This document shows positions 47,201-61,900 of a stretch of DNA of 64,000 nucleotides, piece by piece. Both the position numbers and the translations under genes were made by a program. Source of the DNA: Anthoceros angustus (taxonomy: Eukaryota > Plantae > Anthocerotophyta); the NCBI GenBank assembly GCA_010909165.1, contig MU008159.1:2294001-2358000 (forward strand). Direction: 5' to 3'. Numbering within the stretch: the stretch's first letter is position 1; each line of letters begins with the position of its first letter. The notes below the pieces were generated by a model. That model was not told the DNA's origin. It saw only the letters and a list, made by a program, of their open reading frames with translations, and ran no database searches.

Positions 47201-49789
47201 TAAACTCTATACCTATTTGCCTATTAGAAATTAGCTCGGCGAGTGCCGCCACCGGGCGCCCTGATTGGCCATTTCATTAGGCTCGACTTTGTGCTAATAT
47301 GCAAGAACTCGCATATCATTGTATTACAAATCTTTATATGTAGCGCTAATCAGTAGCTTGTCCTAGTGTATCTCCATTGAATTGCATATCGCAATCCAAA
47401 GGAAGTACACTAGGATTCCTACCTAGATTCGCAGTTGCTATAAAATTTTTCAACCGGTATACTCCCCGGGGTTGAACTCACTACTCCACCATGGAGTAGC
47501 GAGATTGTATACATGTCCCGACCGCCCTTGATGAGTCGGCCAATTTTACCCCGTAGCCTACCTAACATGCATATATAGCCCTACATGCAATATCTAGAAA
47601 AGCGGAATTCCCATGGTTCAAGGAAGTTGCCTTCCTCGGCCCTCGAAATAGGTTTCTATCTACATGCTACTTTTCCCAAGGACCAAGGAACATCCTTCCG
47701 AAACCTCAAGACCAAGGACTAGGTTTCTATCTACATACCATTTTCCCAAGGACCAAGGAACATCCTTCCGAACCCAAGACCAAGGACTCGAAATAGGCTT
47801 CTATCTACTTGCTACTTTCCCAAGGACCAAGGAACATCATTCAAAACCTCAAGACCAAGGACTTGAGTCCTGCTTCTTCCCAAACCCCAAAGACCAAGGA
47901 CTTGAGTCCTACCTATTTGAATAGATAGGACTACGGACTCGTAGCGGACTTGAGCTGCCACCGCTTCTCGGTGACCACACCAAGTAACCGGCCCTCCCAT
48001 CACCACTTCCTAGGACTCCCCTCTTGTGCGTGGGAAACTAGGCGAGGTAAGAGGAGCTCGCTCACGACATTCGTGCAAGGAGTCCGGTGAGGTCCTCGGG
48101 TTAAACAACATGTTCAAGCCACTTGTTGGATGAGAAGCTTGTTTCTTTGAATATGCAGTGGGTCATTGTGCTTCTCCTTCCAAGTCGAGCTCTCGGCAAA
48201 GCTCGAGCTCGGGAAGTGAGATCAAGATTCGAAGTGAGGTGAGGAGTCAAAGTGTGAGCTCCTCTTCACTCGGAAGGTCACCAGAGGATCCTTCAACCTT
48301 AGCTAAGGATCTAAATACTCCTATGTGTTTTTGGAATCACCTCAATGCGCCATTACACTAATGACATTTCGTCCCGCATACAGTCCTTCAACCTCTTCCA
48401 GATCTGCGGTGACATTTCAACATTTCAACATGCCTCTACATTTCGGATGTTACGACTAACCATGCTTCGTGAAATCCCTCGTAGATTGGTTTTTCAGCAA
48501 TTCGCATACTATGTAGATTATCGCAAGTGAAGGCCTATCGAAACTCTATACCTATTGCGTCTATTAGAAATTAGCTCGGCGCTGGCGCTCAATTGGCCAT
48601 TTCATTAGGCCTGACTTTGTGCTGCTAATATGCAAGAACTCGCATATCATTGTATTACAAATCTTTATATGTAGCACCAATCGGGCTTGTCCTAGTGTAT
48701 CTCCATTGAATTGCGTATGCAATCCAAAGGAAGTACACTAGGATTCCTACCTAGATTCGCAGTTGCTATAAAATTTTTCAACCGTATACTCCACGGCCTA
48801 GGGTTGAACTCACTACTCCGACCATGGAGTAGCGAGATTGTATACATGTCCCGACCGCCCTTGATGAGTCGGCCAATTTTACCCCTGCACCTAACATGCA
48901 TATATAGCCCTACATGCAATATCTAGAAAACGGAATTCCCATGGTTCAAGGAAGTTGCCTTCCTCGGCCCTCGAAATAGGTTTCTATCTACATGCTACTT
49001 TTCCCAAGGACCAAGGAACATCCTTCCGAAACCCCAAGACCAAGGACTAGGTTTCTATCTACATACCATTTTCCCAAGGACCAAGGAACATCCTTCCAAC
49101 CCAAGACCAAGGACTCGAAATAGGCTTCTATCTACTTGCTACTTTCCCAAGGACCAAGGAACATCATTCAAAACCCCAAGACCAAGGACTTGAGTCTTTC
49201 TTCCCAAACCCCAAAGACCAAGGACTTGAGTCCTACCTATTTGAATAGATAGGACTACGGACTCGTAGCGGACTTGGCGGCCACCGCTCGGTGTGACCAC
49301 ACCAATGGCAATCCTCCCATCACCACTTCCTAGGACTCCCCTCTTGTGCGTGGGAAACTAGGCGAGGTAAGAGGAGCTCGCTCACACGACATTCGTGCAA
49401 GGAGTCCGGTGAGGTCCTCGGGTTAAACAACATGTTCAAGCCACTTGTTGGATGAGAAGCTTGTTTCTTTGAATATGCAGTGGGTCATTGTGCTTCTCCT
49501 TCCAAGTCGAGCTCTCGGCAAAGCCCGAGCACAGGAGGTGTGCGGATTGGATATGGGAGTCGTGACACTGTAACCATCGACGTTATGTGAGTAGGAAAGC
49601 TTAATCGAGGCCGTTGGAGCTCAGAAAATCATGAGATAGACTATTCTATTCCTCACCCATTTATATGTCGTGCTAAAACTTTGTGCGTATAAGAAGGACA
49701 TGGTTGTGGGATGACGTGCTCATGATCTCACACAAACTTGAGTCAATCACATACTTGGGGAACCATATCTTGCGATGTATGTATCCGGA

Positions 49790-50400
49790 GGTAGGCTGTG
49801 TGGAGGGTGGGCAAACCAAATCCCTTCATGTGGTTTTCAATAATCTCCGCACATGCTACACATGGGGAGCCTAATGAGGCGATACAACTTTACTATGCGA
49901 TGTGTCGCCGTGTGAAGGCGGATGCCCACATCTTTGTAGCAGCCCTTCAAGCTTGTGCATTTGTGGACACGGAATCTAGCGAAAAGTGCGATGATATGTT
50001 GCAGTGACATTCCACCGAACTTGTTTATTGCCAACCGCGTGGACATGTACGCAAACCGTGGTGAATCGGAAGAGGCAAACACGGTTTCGATAGGTTAGCG
50101 AAAGGATGTCGTGACATGGACGGCCCGATAGTTGGGTATGCAAATCATGGGCTTGGCCAAGAGGCGCTTGTTCTGTATGGACAAATGGAGAAGGAGGGCT
50201 CGATTGTGGGCAACCATGTTACCTTTGCTTGCCTTCAAGGCTGCAAACGCAAGTGCCTGAAGGGCTGCACTCACAGCATTGTGGAGAGAGGACGGCTAGA
50301 TAACACACTTGTGGGCACTTGCCCGGTGGACATGTAGGCAAAGTGTGGCAAGTAGAAGATGCGCATCAAGTTTTTCAATGCTTGAGCATTCTCGCCTTGC
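49790..50400 (+). pseudogene. PLS-class PPR fragment, copy 2
   Basis: Same motifs as copy 1 (ORFs 49798-50007 and 50116-50337). Confidence 0.9.
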
Positions 50401-53400
50401 AAACGCGCGCTTGCAACTTTGTTGTCCACTGCATTTTCTCATGGCTTCAACATCCGATCCTGCATAATTGCCACACTACATCTCTTTCACATTTCACATG
50501 GATGCAAACCGCAGGGGAAAGTAGAACATCAACAGGGCCCCGGATAGCAACCAAAAGAGCGAGGAGAAGAGGGCTGATGGAAGCGAGATCGGTAGAATAC
50601 CCAAGCATTTAATGGCTCGTACTCCTTAGTGTATTCATGGATGCTAGTTCATATGGCTTCTCGCATCAAGAAATCACGTCGAGATGTCCAATTTTTGGTG
50701 GAAGTTGTTTGACTAAATGACACATGAAGAGGACTGCATGTCTCTTGCACGAAGGTGGTGCATGTCTCTTGCTTGAAGGTGGTGCATCTCTCTTGCACGA
50801 GGGTGTTGTGGAGTCGCGGCTACCCGCTTCTGTGCCGTTCCTAACTCTTGCTATGATTTATGTGAGAGCTGAAAGCAAGTGGTAGCTTGGGGAACCGTGG
50901 CTTGTGTCTCTCCGCCACGGTGGCTCGTGAATTTGTCAATGGCACTACGCTTACAATGTGAATTTGTCAATGGCATGGAAGCCGAGTGTGAGCATAACGT
51001 GCAAGATCGCTTTGCAATGGACCTTGTATATGAGACTACGTTGTGAATTTGGTGTAAAAGCGTGCGAGGCTGATCCGGCCTTGTCATACATTTTACAACA
51101 TACAAGTGCGCTTTACAGCTGTGTTGTAAATTAGACTATGTTGTAAAATTGTGGAGGCCTATCTTGGCCTCTCTTAAACGCTTTACAATGTGGTGAGGTT
51201 TGCAATGGATCGTGTTGTAAATTAGATTAGGTTATGCTATGTTGTAAAACATGAGAGGCTGATCCGGCCGTCTCAAACATTTTACAACATACAAGTGCGC
51301 TTTACAGCGGACCGTGTTGTAAAACACGGTCCGCTGTAAAAGCCCAATTGAATCTTTGTCTTCGCCGGGAGGAGGCCGTCGGAGAGAAGGCGGGAGGAGG
51401 TGATCGGACGAGGTGTGTTTGGGTATACCTCTTCACTCCCACTTGTTGATCATTTTGGAAAGTGATGCTCCAACAACCGGATCATCTCAGTCCTTGTAGG
51501 ATGGAGTCGGGTGAAAGCTGCAGATGCAGCTCACCGTTCGCCCCGCCTCCTCGCTTGGTATATATTCGAGCGTGCGGTGAGAAACCCTCACCAGTGCGTT
51601 ATATTCCTCTTCTTCATCTTCACGCCTGCAATTGGAGAAGGGGTTGTGGAGCGTAACTGTCGAGATGTCGTCCTCCTCTAAGGATGCGAACCCCGCCACC
51701 AGAGAGACTCCCTAGGCTGCGGCAAGCAAGGCGGCTAGGACAACCTCCTCCTGCTGCAAGGGACCCCGACCTGCTGCGGGAAGCTCGAGCCGACCAAGAA
51801 ACGGAGCGCCCTCCACAGCTGGCAGTGCCGAGGACTAGGCGAGGCCATAATCGCGGAGGACATGGGAGGTCCTCCATTGCGGCGCTTAGCTTCCACAATT
51901 TCTCCCACGCGTGCCCCTACGCCACCTGCTGCAAAGAGGGAGCTCAGGGCCTACAGCTTCTGTGGGCCTGAGGCTATGTACGACGGAGGGGAGGTGAGGC
52001 CCTCACGGCCTCAGAATTTCCCTCGAGGTAACCCTGATAAGGATGTCAAGATTGTGAGCCTAGGCACTGTGCAGCAGCCAGGCTCTCCTATCTGGTATCG
52101 ATGCAAGCATCGGTCTGTGAAACGGATCGAGTGCGTGAAGTGTTCTTTGCCTCGGTCATGTTGTAAGTCGCCATGCAAGTGAGGTTTTGCTTCATCTCTG
52201 CTCCTACTCCCACTCGCTCTAAAGCTATCTAATTGCTTTGTGTCTTGACGGGATCATCTCAGTCCTTGTAGGATGGAGTCGAAAGCATGCATGTCATTAC
52301 GCCTCCGCTCGCTTGGTATATTCGAGCGCGGCTGGAGAAACCCTCACCAGTGCGTTATATTCCTCTTCTTCATCTTCACGCCTGTGCAATTGGAGAAGGG
52401 GTTGTGGAGCGTAATCGGTCGAGATGTCGTCCTCCTCTAAGGATGCGAACCCCGCCCAGAAGAGACTCCCTAGGCTTTGCGAAGCAAGGCGGCTAGGACA
52501 ACGCCTCCTCCGCTTTCGACCAGGACACCGCCGTGCGGGAAGCTGGGGAGCCGACCAAGAAACGGAGCGCCCTCCACAGCTGGCAGTGCCGAGGACTAGG
52601 CGAGGCCATAATCGCGGAGGACATGGGAGGTCCTCCATTGCGGCGCTTAGCTTCCACAATTTCTCCCACGCGTGCCCCTCGCCTGCAAAGAGGGAGCTCG
52701 GGGCCTCTGTCACCGAGGCTATGTCTGACGGAGGGAGGTGAGGCCCTCACGGCCTCGAATTTCCCTCGAGGTAACCACGATAAGGATGTGAAGATTGTGA
52801 GCCTAGGCAGCGTGCACCGGGCTCTCCTATCTCGTATCGATGCAAGCATCCGGTCATGAAGCGGATCGAGTGCGTGTTACACTGCCTCGGCCGTCATGTT
52901 GTAAGTCGCGCAAGTGACACGGGTTTTGCTTCATCTCTGCTCCTACTCCCACTCGCTCTAAAGCTATCTAATTGCTTTGTGTCTTGATGCAGGATCTGTC
53001 TTGAGGATTGAGGAGGATCTTTGTCCTCAAGATTACATGTGCGGTGAGGACTCGATGCTACGAAGGCCTCCAGCCCCTCACTCGAGAATCCAAAGGAAGA
53101 GTCCTCAGACCGGCCGAGTGATTAGGTAGCAGGCATGTAGGCTAGTTGGGGTTAGATAGGAAAGTTCCGACTCTCCTAACCCCGGACCTCGAACATGCTT
53201 CTCGTGCCTCTTTTGAAAGAGCTTTCGTTAATATATCTGCAGGGTTTTCTTGTGTAGGCACATACTCCGGTTGCTTGACTAACCTTCCGCTTGCGTTTGG
53301 GATCTTGTTCCTCCCGAAGATTACATGTGCGGTGAGGACTCCGATGCTACGAAGGCCTCCGATCCCTCCACTCGGAGAATCCAAAGGAAGAGTCCTCCGA

Positions 53401-55199
53401 GGCCGACGAATGGGATTAGGTAGCAGGCATGTAGGCTAGTTGGGGTTAGATAGGAAAGTTCCGACTCTCCTAACCCCGGACCTCGAACATGCTGCTCTTT
53501 TGAAAGAGCTTTCGTTAATATATCTGCAGGGTTTTCTTGTGTAGGCACATACTCCGGTTGCTTGACTAACCTTGCTTCGTTTGGGATCGTGTTTGAGCTC
53601 GAAGTGAGATCAAGATTCGAAGTGAGGTGAGGAGTCAAAGTGTGAGCTCCTCTTCACTCGGAAGGTCACCAGAGGATCCTTCAACCTTAGCGACTAAGGA
53701 TCTAAATACTCCTATGTGTTTTCGGTGGAATCACCTCAATCGCCATTACACTAATGACATTTCCTGACAGGTCCTTCAACCTCTTCCGGATCATGCGGTG
53801 ACATTTCAACATTTCAACATGCCTCTACATTTCGGATGTTACGACTAACCATGCTTCGTGAAATCCCTCTCGTAGATTGGTTTTTCAGCACTGCATACTA
53901 TGTAGATTATCGCAAGTGAAGGCCTATCGAAACTCTATACCTATTGCGTCTATTAGAAATTAGCTCGAGGCGAGGCCACCCTTCTTGGCGCTCTGGATTA
54001 GCCATTTCATTAGGCGACTTTGTCGCTAATATGCAAGAACTCGCATATCATTGTATTACAAATCTTTATATGTAGCCAATCAGTATTGTCCTAGTGTATC
54101 TCCATTGAATTGCATTGCAATCCAAAGGAAGTACACTAGGATTCCTACCTAGATTGAGTTGCTATAAAATTTTTCAACCGGTATACTCCACGGCCTGGTT
54201 GAACTCACTACTCCGACCATGGAGTAGCGAGATTGTATACATGTCCCGACCAGGCCCTTGATGAGTCGGCCAATTTTACCCCTGCAGTCTACCTAACATG
54301 CATATATAGCCCTACATGCAATATCTAGAAACGGAATTCCCATGGTTCAAGGAAGTTGCCTTCCTCGGCCCTCGAAATAGGTTTCTATCTACATGCTACT
54401 TTTCCCAAGGACCAAGGAACATCCTTCCAAACCCCAAGACCAAGGACTAGGTTTCTATCTACATACCATTTTCCCAAGGACCAAGGAACATCCTTCCGAA
54501 CCCAAGACCAAGGACTAAATAGGCTTCTATCTACTTGCTACTTTCCCAAGGACCAAGGAACATCATTAAACCTCAAGACCAAGGACTTGAGTCTTTCTTC
54601 CCAAACCCCAAAGACCAAGGACTTGAGTCCTACCTATTTGAATAGATAGGACTACGGACTCGGTAGCGGACTTGAGCGGCCACCGCTTCTCGGTGTGACC
54701 ACACCAAGTAACCGTCCTCCCATCACCACTTCCTAGGACTCCCCTCTTGTGCGTGGGAAACTAGGCGAGGTAAGAGGAGCTCTCGCTCACCGACATTCGT
54801 GCAAGGAGTCGTGAGGTCCTCGGGTTAAACAACATGTTCAAGCCGACTTGTTGGATGAGAAGCTTGTTTCTTTGAATATGCAGTGGGTCATTGTGCTTCT
54901 CCTTCCAAGTCGAGCTCCCGGCAAAGCTCGAGCACAGGAGGTGTGCGGATTGGATATGGGAGTCGTGACACTGTAACCATCGACGTTATGTGAGTAGGGA
55001 AAGCTCGAGGCCGTTGGAGCTCAGAAATCGCGTAGATAGACTATTCTATTCCTATCCAACTTATATGTCGTGCTAAAACTTTGTGCGATAAGAAGGACAT
55101 GGTTGTGGGATGACGCGTTCATGATCTCACAGTCAAACTTGGGTGCAGTCAATCACATACTTGGGGAACCATATCTTGCGATGTATGTATACGGAGGTA

Positions 55200-57930
55200 G
55201 GCTACGGAGGGTGGGCAAACCAAATCCCTTCATGTGGTTTTCAATAATCTCCGCACATGCTACACATGGGGAGCCTAATGAGGCGATACAACTTTACTAT
55301 GCGATGTGTCGCCCGGTGTGAAGGCGGATGCCCACATCTTTGTAGCAGCCCTTCAAGCTTGTGCATTTTCTTTGTGGACACGGAATCTAGCGAAAAGTGC
55401 GGCATGATATGTTGCAGTGACATTCCACGAACTTGTTTATTGCCAATCGGTGGACATGTACGCAAACCGTGGTGAATCGGAAGAGGCAAACACGGTTTTC
55501 GATAGGTTAGCGAAAGGATGTCGTGACATGGACGCCCGATAGTTGGGTATGCAAATCATGGGCTTGGCCAAGAGGCGCTTGTTCGTATGGACAAATGGAG
55601 AAGGAGGGCTGATTGTGGGCAACCATGTTACCTTTGCTTGCCTTAGAAGGCTGTGCAAACGCAAGTGCCTTCGAGGCCGTTGGAGCTCAGTAAAATCTGG
55701 CGTAGATAGACTATTCTATTCCTCACCCTTATATGTCGTGCTAAAACTTTGTGCATAAGAAGGACATGGTTGTGGGATGACGCGTTCATGATCTCACAAC
55801 AAACTAGTCAATCACATACTTGGGGAACCATATCTTGCATGTATGTATCCGGAGGTAGGCTACGGAGGGTGGGCAAACCAAATCCCTTCATGTGGTTTTC
55901 AATAATCTCCGCACATGCTACACATGGGGAGCCTAATGAGGCGATACAACTTTACTATGCGATGTGTCGCTCCGTGTGAAGGCGGATGCCCACATCTTTG
56001 TAGCAGCCCTTCAAGCTTGTGCATTTTCTTTGTGGACTGAATCTAGCGAGAAAAGTGCGGCATGATATGTTGCATGCTGACATTCCACGAACTTAACTTG
56101 TATGCGGTGGACATGTACGCAAACCGTGGTGAATGGAAGAGGCAAACACGGTTTTCGATAGGTTAGCGAGAAAGGATGTCGTGACATGGACGGCCCGATA
56201 GTTGGGTATGCAAATCATGGGCTTGGCCAAGAGGCGCTTGTTCTCAGTATGGACAAATGGAGAAGGAGGGCACGATTGTGGGCAACCATGTTACCTTTGC
56301 CTTCAAGGCTGTGCAAACGCAAGTGCCTTACAGGCGGTGCACTCGATTGTGGAGAGGAGCTCTCGCTCACCGACATTCTGCAAGGAGTCCGGTGAGGTCC
56401 TCGGGTTAAACAACATGTTCAAGCCACTTGTTGGATGAGAAGCTTGTTTCTTTGAATATGCAGTGGGTCATTGTGCTTCTCCTTCCAAGTCGAGCTCTCC
56501 CAAAGCCTCGAGCACAGGAGGTGTGCGGATTGGATATGGGAGTCGTGACACTGTAACCATCAAGACGTTATGTGAGTAGGGAAAGCTCGAGGCCGTTGGA
56601 GCTCTAAAATCGGCGAGATAGACTATTCTATTCCTCGATTTTTATATGTCGTGCTAAAACTTTGTGCATAAGAAGGACATGGTTGTGGGATGACGCGTTC
56701 ATGATCTCACAACAAACTTGGGTACGAGTCAATCACATACTTGGGGAACCATATCTTGCGATGTATGTATCCGGAGGTAGGCTACGGAGGGTGGGCAAAC
56801 CAAATCCCTTCATGTGGTTTTCAATAATCTCCGCACATGCTACACATGGGGAGCCTAATGAGGCGATACAACTTTACTATGCGATGTGTCGCTCGGTGTG
56901 AAGGCGGATGCCCACATCTTTGTAGCAGCCCTTCAAGCTTGTGCATTTTCTTTGTGGACACGGAATCTAGCGAAAAGTGCGCATGATATGTTGCAGTGAC
57001 ATTCCACGAACTTGTTTATTGCCAATCGGTGGACATGTACGCAAACCGTGGTGAATCGGAAGAGGCAAACACGGTTTTCGATAGGTTAGCGAAAGGATGT
57101 CGTGACATGGACGCCCGATAGTTGGGTATGCAAATCATGGGCTTGGCCAAGAGGCGCTTGTTCTGTATGGACAAATGGAGAAGGAGGGCTGATTGTGGGC
57201 AACCATGTTACCTTTGCTTGCCTTCCAAGGCTGTGCAAACGCAAGTGCCTTCGAGGCCGTTGGAGCTCAGTAAAATCTGGCGTAGATAGACTATTCTATT
57301 CCTCACCCTTATATGTCGTGCTAAAACTTTGTGCATAAGAAGGACATGGTTGTGGGATGACGCGTTCATGATCTCACAACAAACTAGTCAATCACATACT
57401 TGGGGAACCATATCTTGCATGTATGTATCCGGAGGTAGGCTACGGAGGGTGGGCAAACCAAATCCCTTCATGTGGTTTTCAATAATCTCCGCACATGCTA
57501 CACATGGGGAGCCTAATGAGGCGATACAACTTTACTATGCGATGTCGCTCCGTGTGAAGGCGGATGCCCACATCTTTGTAGCAGCCCTTCAAGCTTGTGC
57601 ATTTTCTTTGTGGACTGAATCTAGCGAGAAAAGTGCGGCATGATATGTTGCATGCTGACATTCCACGAACTTAACTTGTATGCGGTGGACATGTACGCAA
57701 ACCGTGGTGAATGGAAGAGGCAAACACGGTTTTCGATAGGTTAGGCGAAAGGATGTCGTGACATGGACGGCCCGATAGTTGGGTATGCAAATCATGGGCT
57801 TGGCCAAGAGGCGCTTGTTCTCAGTATGGACAAATGGAGAAGGAGGGCACGATTGTGGGCAACCATGTTACCTTTGCCTTCAAGGCTGTGCAAACGCAAG
57901 TGCCTTACAGGCGGTGCACTCGATTGTGGA
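55200..57930 (+). pseudogene. Four 3'-truncated PPR fragment copies (about 55200-55670, 55860-56350, 56780-57250, 57440-57930)
   Basis: KPNPFMWFSIISAHATHGEPNEAIQLYYAM recurs in ORFs at 55070, 55749, 56662 and 57329; there is a higher-order period of about 1.58 kb. Confidence 0.9.
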
Positions 57931-58354
57931 GAGGAGCTCTCGCTCACCGACATTCTGCAAGGAGTCCGGTGAGGTCCTCGGGTTAAACAACATGTTCAAG
58001 CCACTTGTTGGATGAGAAGCTTGTTTCTTTGAATATGCAGTGGGTCATTGTGCTTCTCCTTCCAAGTCGAGCTCTCCAAGAAGCCCGAGCCCGGAGGTGC
58101 TTGGATTGATATGGGAGTCGTGACACTGTAACCATCAAGACGTTATGTGAGTAGGGAAAGCTCGAGGCCGTTGGAGCTCAGAAAATCGGCGAGATAGACT
58201 ATTCTATTCCTCGATTTTTATATGTCGTGCTAAAACTTTGTGCATAAGAAGGACATGGTTGTGGGATGACGCGTTCATGATCTCACCAAAAACTTGGGTA
58301 CGAGTCAATCACATACTTGGGGAACCATATCTTGCGATGTATGTATCCGGAGGT

Positions 58355-58950
58355 AGGCTACGGAGGGTGGGCAAACCAAATCCCTTCATGTGGTTTTCAA
58401 TAATCTCCGCACATGCTACACATGGGGAGCCTAATGAGGCGATACAACTTTATGCGATGTGTCGCTCTGGTGTGAAGGCGGATGCCCACATCTTTGTAGC
58501 AGCCCTTCAAGCTTGTGCATTTGTGGACTGAATCTAGCGAAAAGTGCGGCATGATATGTTGCATGACATTCCACCGAACTTGTTTATTGCCAACCTGGTG
58601 GACATGTACGCAAACCGTGGTGAATCGGAAGAGGCAAACACGGTTTTCGATAGGTTAGCGAAAGGATGTCGTGACATGGACGCCCCGAGATAGTTGGGTA
58701 TGCAAATCATGGGCTTGGCCAAGAGGCGCTTGTTCGTATGGACAAATGGAGAAGGAGGGCCTGATTGTGGGCAACCATGTTACCTTTGCTTGCCTCAAGG
58801 CTGTGCAAACGCAAGTGCCCTATAAGGTGCAGTGCACTCATGATTGTGGAGAGAGAGGCTAGATAACACACTTGTGGGCACTTGCAGGTGGACATGTAGG
58901 CAAAGTGTGGGCAGTAGAAGATGCGCATCAAGTTTTTCAATGCTTGAGCA
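58355..58950 (+). pseudogene. PLS-class PPR fragment, copy 7
   Basis: Same motifs as copy 1 (ORF 58238-58531 and downstream frames). Confidence 0.9.
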
Positions 58951-61900
58951 TTCTCGTCTTGCAAACGCGTGCGACGCTTGCAACTTTGTTGTCCACTCGC
59001 ATTTTCTCATGGCTTCAACATCGTGCATAATTGCCACACTACATCTCTTTCACATTTCACATGGATGCACTTGGGGAAAGCCGTAGAACATCAACAGGGC
59101 GTCCCGGATAGCGACAACCAAAAGAGCGAGGAGAAGAGGGCTGGCGATGGGCGAGATCGGTAGAATACCCAAGTGTTTAATGGCTCCGGTACTCCTTAGT
59201 GTATTCATGGATGCTAGTTCATATGGCTTCTCGCATCAAGAAATCACGTCGAGTTCGATGTCCAATTTTTGGTGGAAGTTGTTTGTGACTAAATGACACA
59301 TGAAGAGGACTGCATGTCTCTTGCACGAAGGTGGTGCATGTCTCTTGCTTGAAGGTGGTGCATCTCTCTTGCACGAGGGTGTTGTGGAGTCTTGGTTGCG
59401 CCCGCTTCTGTGCCGTTCCTAACTCTTGCTATGATTTATGTGAGAGCACGAAAGCAAGTGGTATGACTTGGGGAACCGTGGCTTGTGTCTCTTGCCCGGT
59501 GGCTCGTGAATTTGTCAATGGCACTACGCTTACAATGTGAATTTGTCAATGGCACCGAAGCGAGATCGGTAGAATACCCAAGTGTTTAATGGCTCTGTGT
59601 ACTCCTTAGTGTATTCATGGATGCTAGTTCATATGGCTTCTCGCATCAAGAAATCACCTCGAGTTACGGTCCAATTTTGGTGGAAGTTGTTTGACTAAAT
59701 GACACATGAAGAGGACCCATGTCTCTTGCACGAAGGTGGTGCATGTCTTGCTTGAAGGTGGTGCATCTCTCTTGCCCGAGGGTGTTGTGGAGTCTTGGTT
59801 GCGGCCCCGCTTCTGCCGCTTCCTAACTCTTGCTATGATTTATGTGAGAGCACGAAAGCAAGTGGTTGGGGAACCGTGGCTTGTGTCTCTCTGCCGCCGG
59901 TGGCTCGTGAATTTGTCAATGGCACTACGCTTACAATGTGAATTTGTCAATGGCAATCGAAGCCCGAGGCGTATACAACGTGCAAGATCGCTTTGCAATG
60001 GACCTTGTATATGAGACTACGTTGTGAATTTGGTGTAAAACGTGCAGAGGCCTGATCCCGGCCTTGTCATACATTTTACAACATACAAGTGCGCTTTGCA
60101 ACGGGCTGTGTTGTAAATTAGACTATGTTGTAAAATTCGTGGGAGGCCTATCTTGGCCTCTCTTAAACGTTTTACAATGTACAGGTGCGGTTTGCAATGG
60201 ATCGTGTTGTAAATTAGATTAGGTTGTACGTATGTTGTAAAACATGAGAGAGGCACGATCTGCCGTCTCAAACATTTTACAACGTACAATTGGGCTTTAC
60301 AGCGGACCGTGTTGTAAAACACGGTCCGTTAAAGCCCAATTGAATGCTTTGTCTTGCCGGGAGGAGGTGACCGGGAGAGAAGCGGGAGGAGGTGATGATC
60401 GGACAGAGGTGTGTTTGGGTATACCTCTTCACTCCCACTTGTTGATCATTTTGGAAAGTGATGCTCCAACAACCGGATCATCTCCAGGTCCTTGTAGGAT
60501 GGAGTCGGGTGAAAGCTGCAGATGCATTGCGTTCGCCCCCGCTCCTCGCTCGGTATATATTCGAGCGTGCGGTGAGAAACCAGTCCTCAGTGCGTTATAT
60601 TCCTCTTCTTCATCTTCACGCCTGCAATTGGAGAAGGGTTGTGGAGCGTAACTGGTCGAGATGTCGCCTCCTCTAAGGATGCGAACCCCGCCGAAGAGAC
60701 TCCTAGGCCGCTGCGGCAAGCAAGGCGGCTAGGACAACCTCCTCTGCTGCGCAAGGGACCCACACCGCCACTGCGGAAGCTGAGCCGACCAAGAAACGGA
60801 GCGCCCTCGCACAACGCTGTGCCTTGAGGACTAGGCGCGAGGCCATAATCGCGGAGGACATGGGAGGTCCTCCATTGCGGCGCTTAGCTTCCACAATTTC
60901 TCCCACGCGTGCCCCTCGCCACTGCGCAAGAGGGAGCTCGGGGCCCACAGCCTGTGGGCTGAGGCTATGTACGGAGGAGGTGAGGCCCTCACGGCCTCGA
61001 ATTTCCCTCGAGGTAACCACGATAAGGATGTGAAGATTGTGAGCCTAGGCAGCGTACCAGCTCTCCTATCTCGTATCGATGCAAGCATCTGTCCGGTCAT
61101 GAAGCGGATCGAGTGCGAGGCGTGCCCCTGGTCATGTTGTAAGCCGCTACAGTAAGTGACCTGGGTTTTGCTTCATCTCTGCTCCTACTCCTACTCGCTC
61201 TAAAGCTATCTAATTGCTTTGTGTCTTGACTGCAGGATCTGTCTTGAGGATTGAGGAGGATGCTGTTCCTCCTGAAGATTACATGTGCAGTGAGGACTCC
61301 GATGCTACGAAGGCCTCCAGCAGTCCCTCCGACTCAGAGAATCCAAAGGAAGAGTCCTCCGAGACCCGATGAACTGGGATTAGGTAGCAGGCATGTAGGC
61401 TAGTTGGGGTTAGATAGGAAAGTTCCGGACTCTCCTAACCCCGGACCTCGAACATGCTTCTCGTGCGCTCTTTTGAAAGAGCTTTCGTTAATATATCTGC
61501 AGGGTTTTCTTGTGTAGGCACATACTCCGCTTGCTTTTAACCTTGCTTGCGTTTGGGATCGTGTTTGAGCTCGGAAGTGAGATCAAGATTGGAAGTGAGG
61601 TGAGGAGTCAAAGTGTGAGCTCCTCTTCACTCGGAAGGTCACCAGAGGATCCTTCAACCTTAGCTAAGGATCTAAATACTCCTATGTGTTTTTCGGTGGA
61701 ATCACCTCAATGCGCCATTACACTAATGACATTTCGTCCCGCATAGGTCCTTCAACCTCTTCCAGATCATGCGGTGACATTTCAACATTTCAACATGCCT
61801 CTACATTTCGGATGTTACGACTAACCATGCTTGAAATCCCTCAGATTGGTTTTTCAGCAATTACGGCATACTATGTAGATTATCGGCAAGTGAAGGCCTA

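Noticed and set aside
44050-58950. A functional full-length PPR gene
   Set aside because: The same roughly 200-codon piece is repeated and separated by non-coding or TE modules, and no E/DYW domain was seen.
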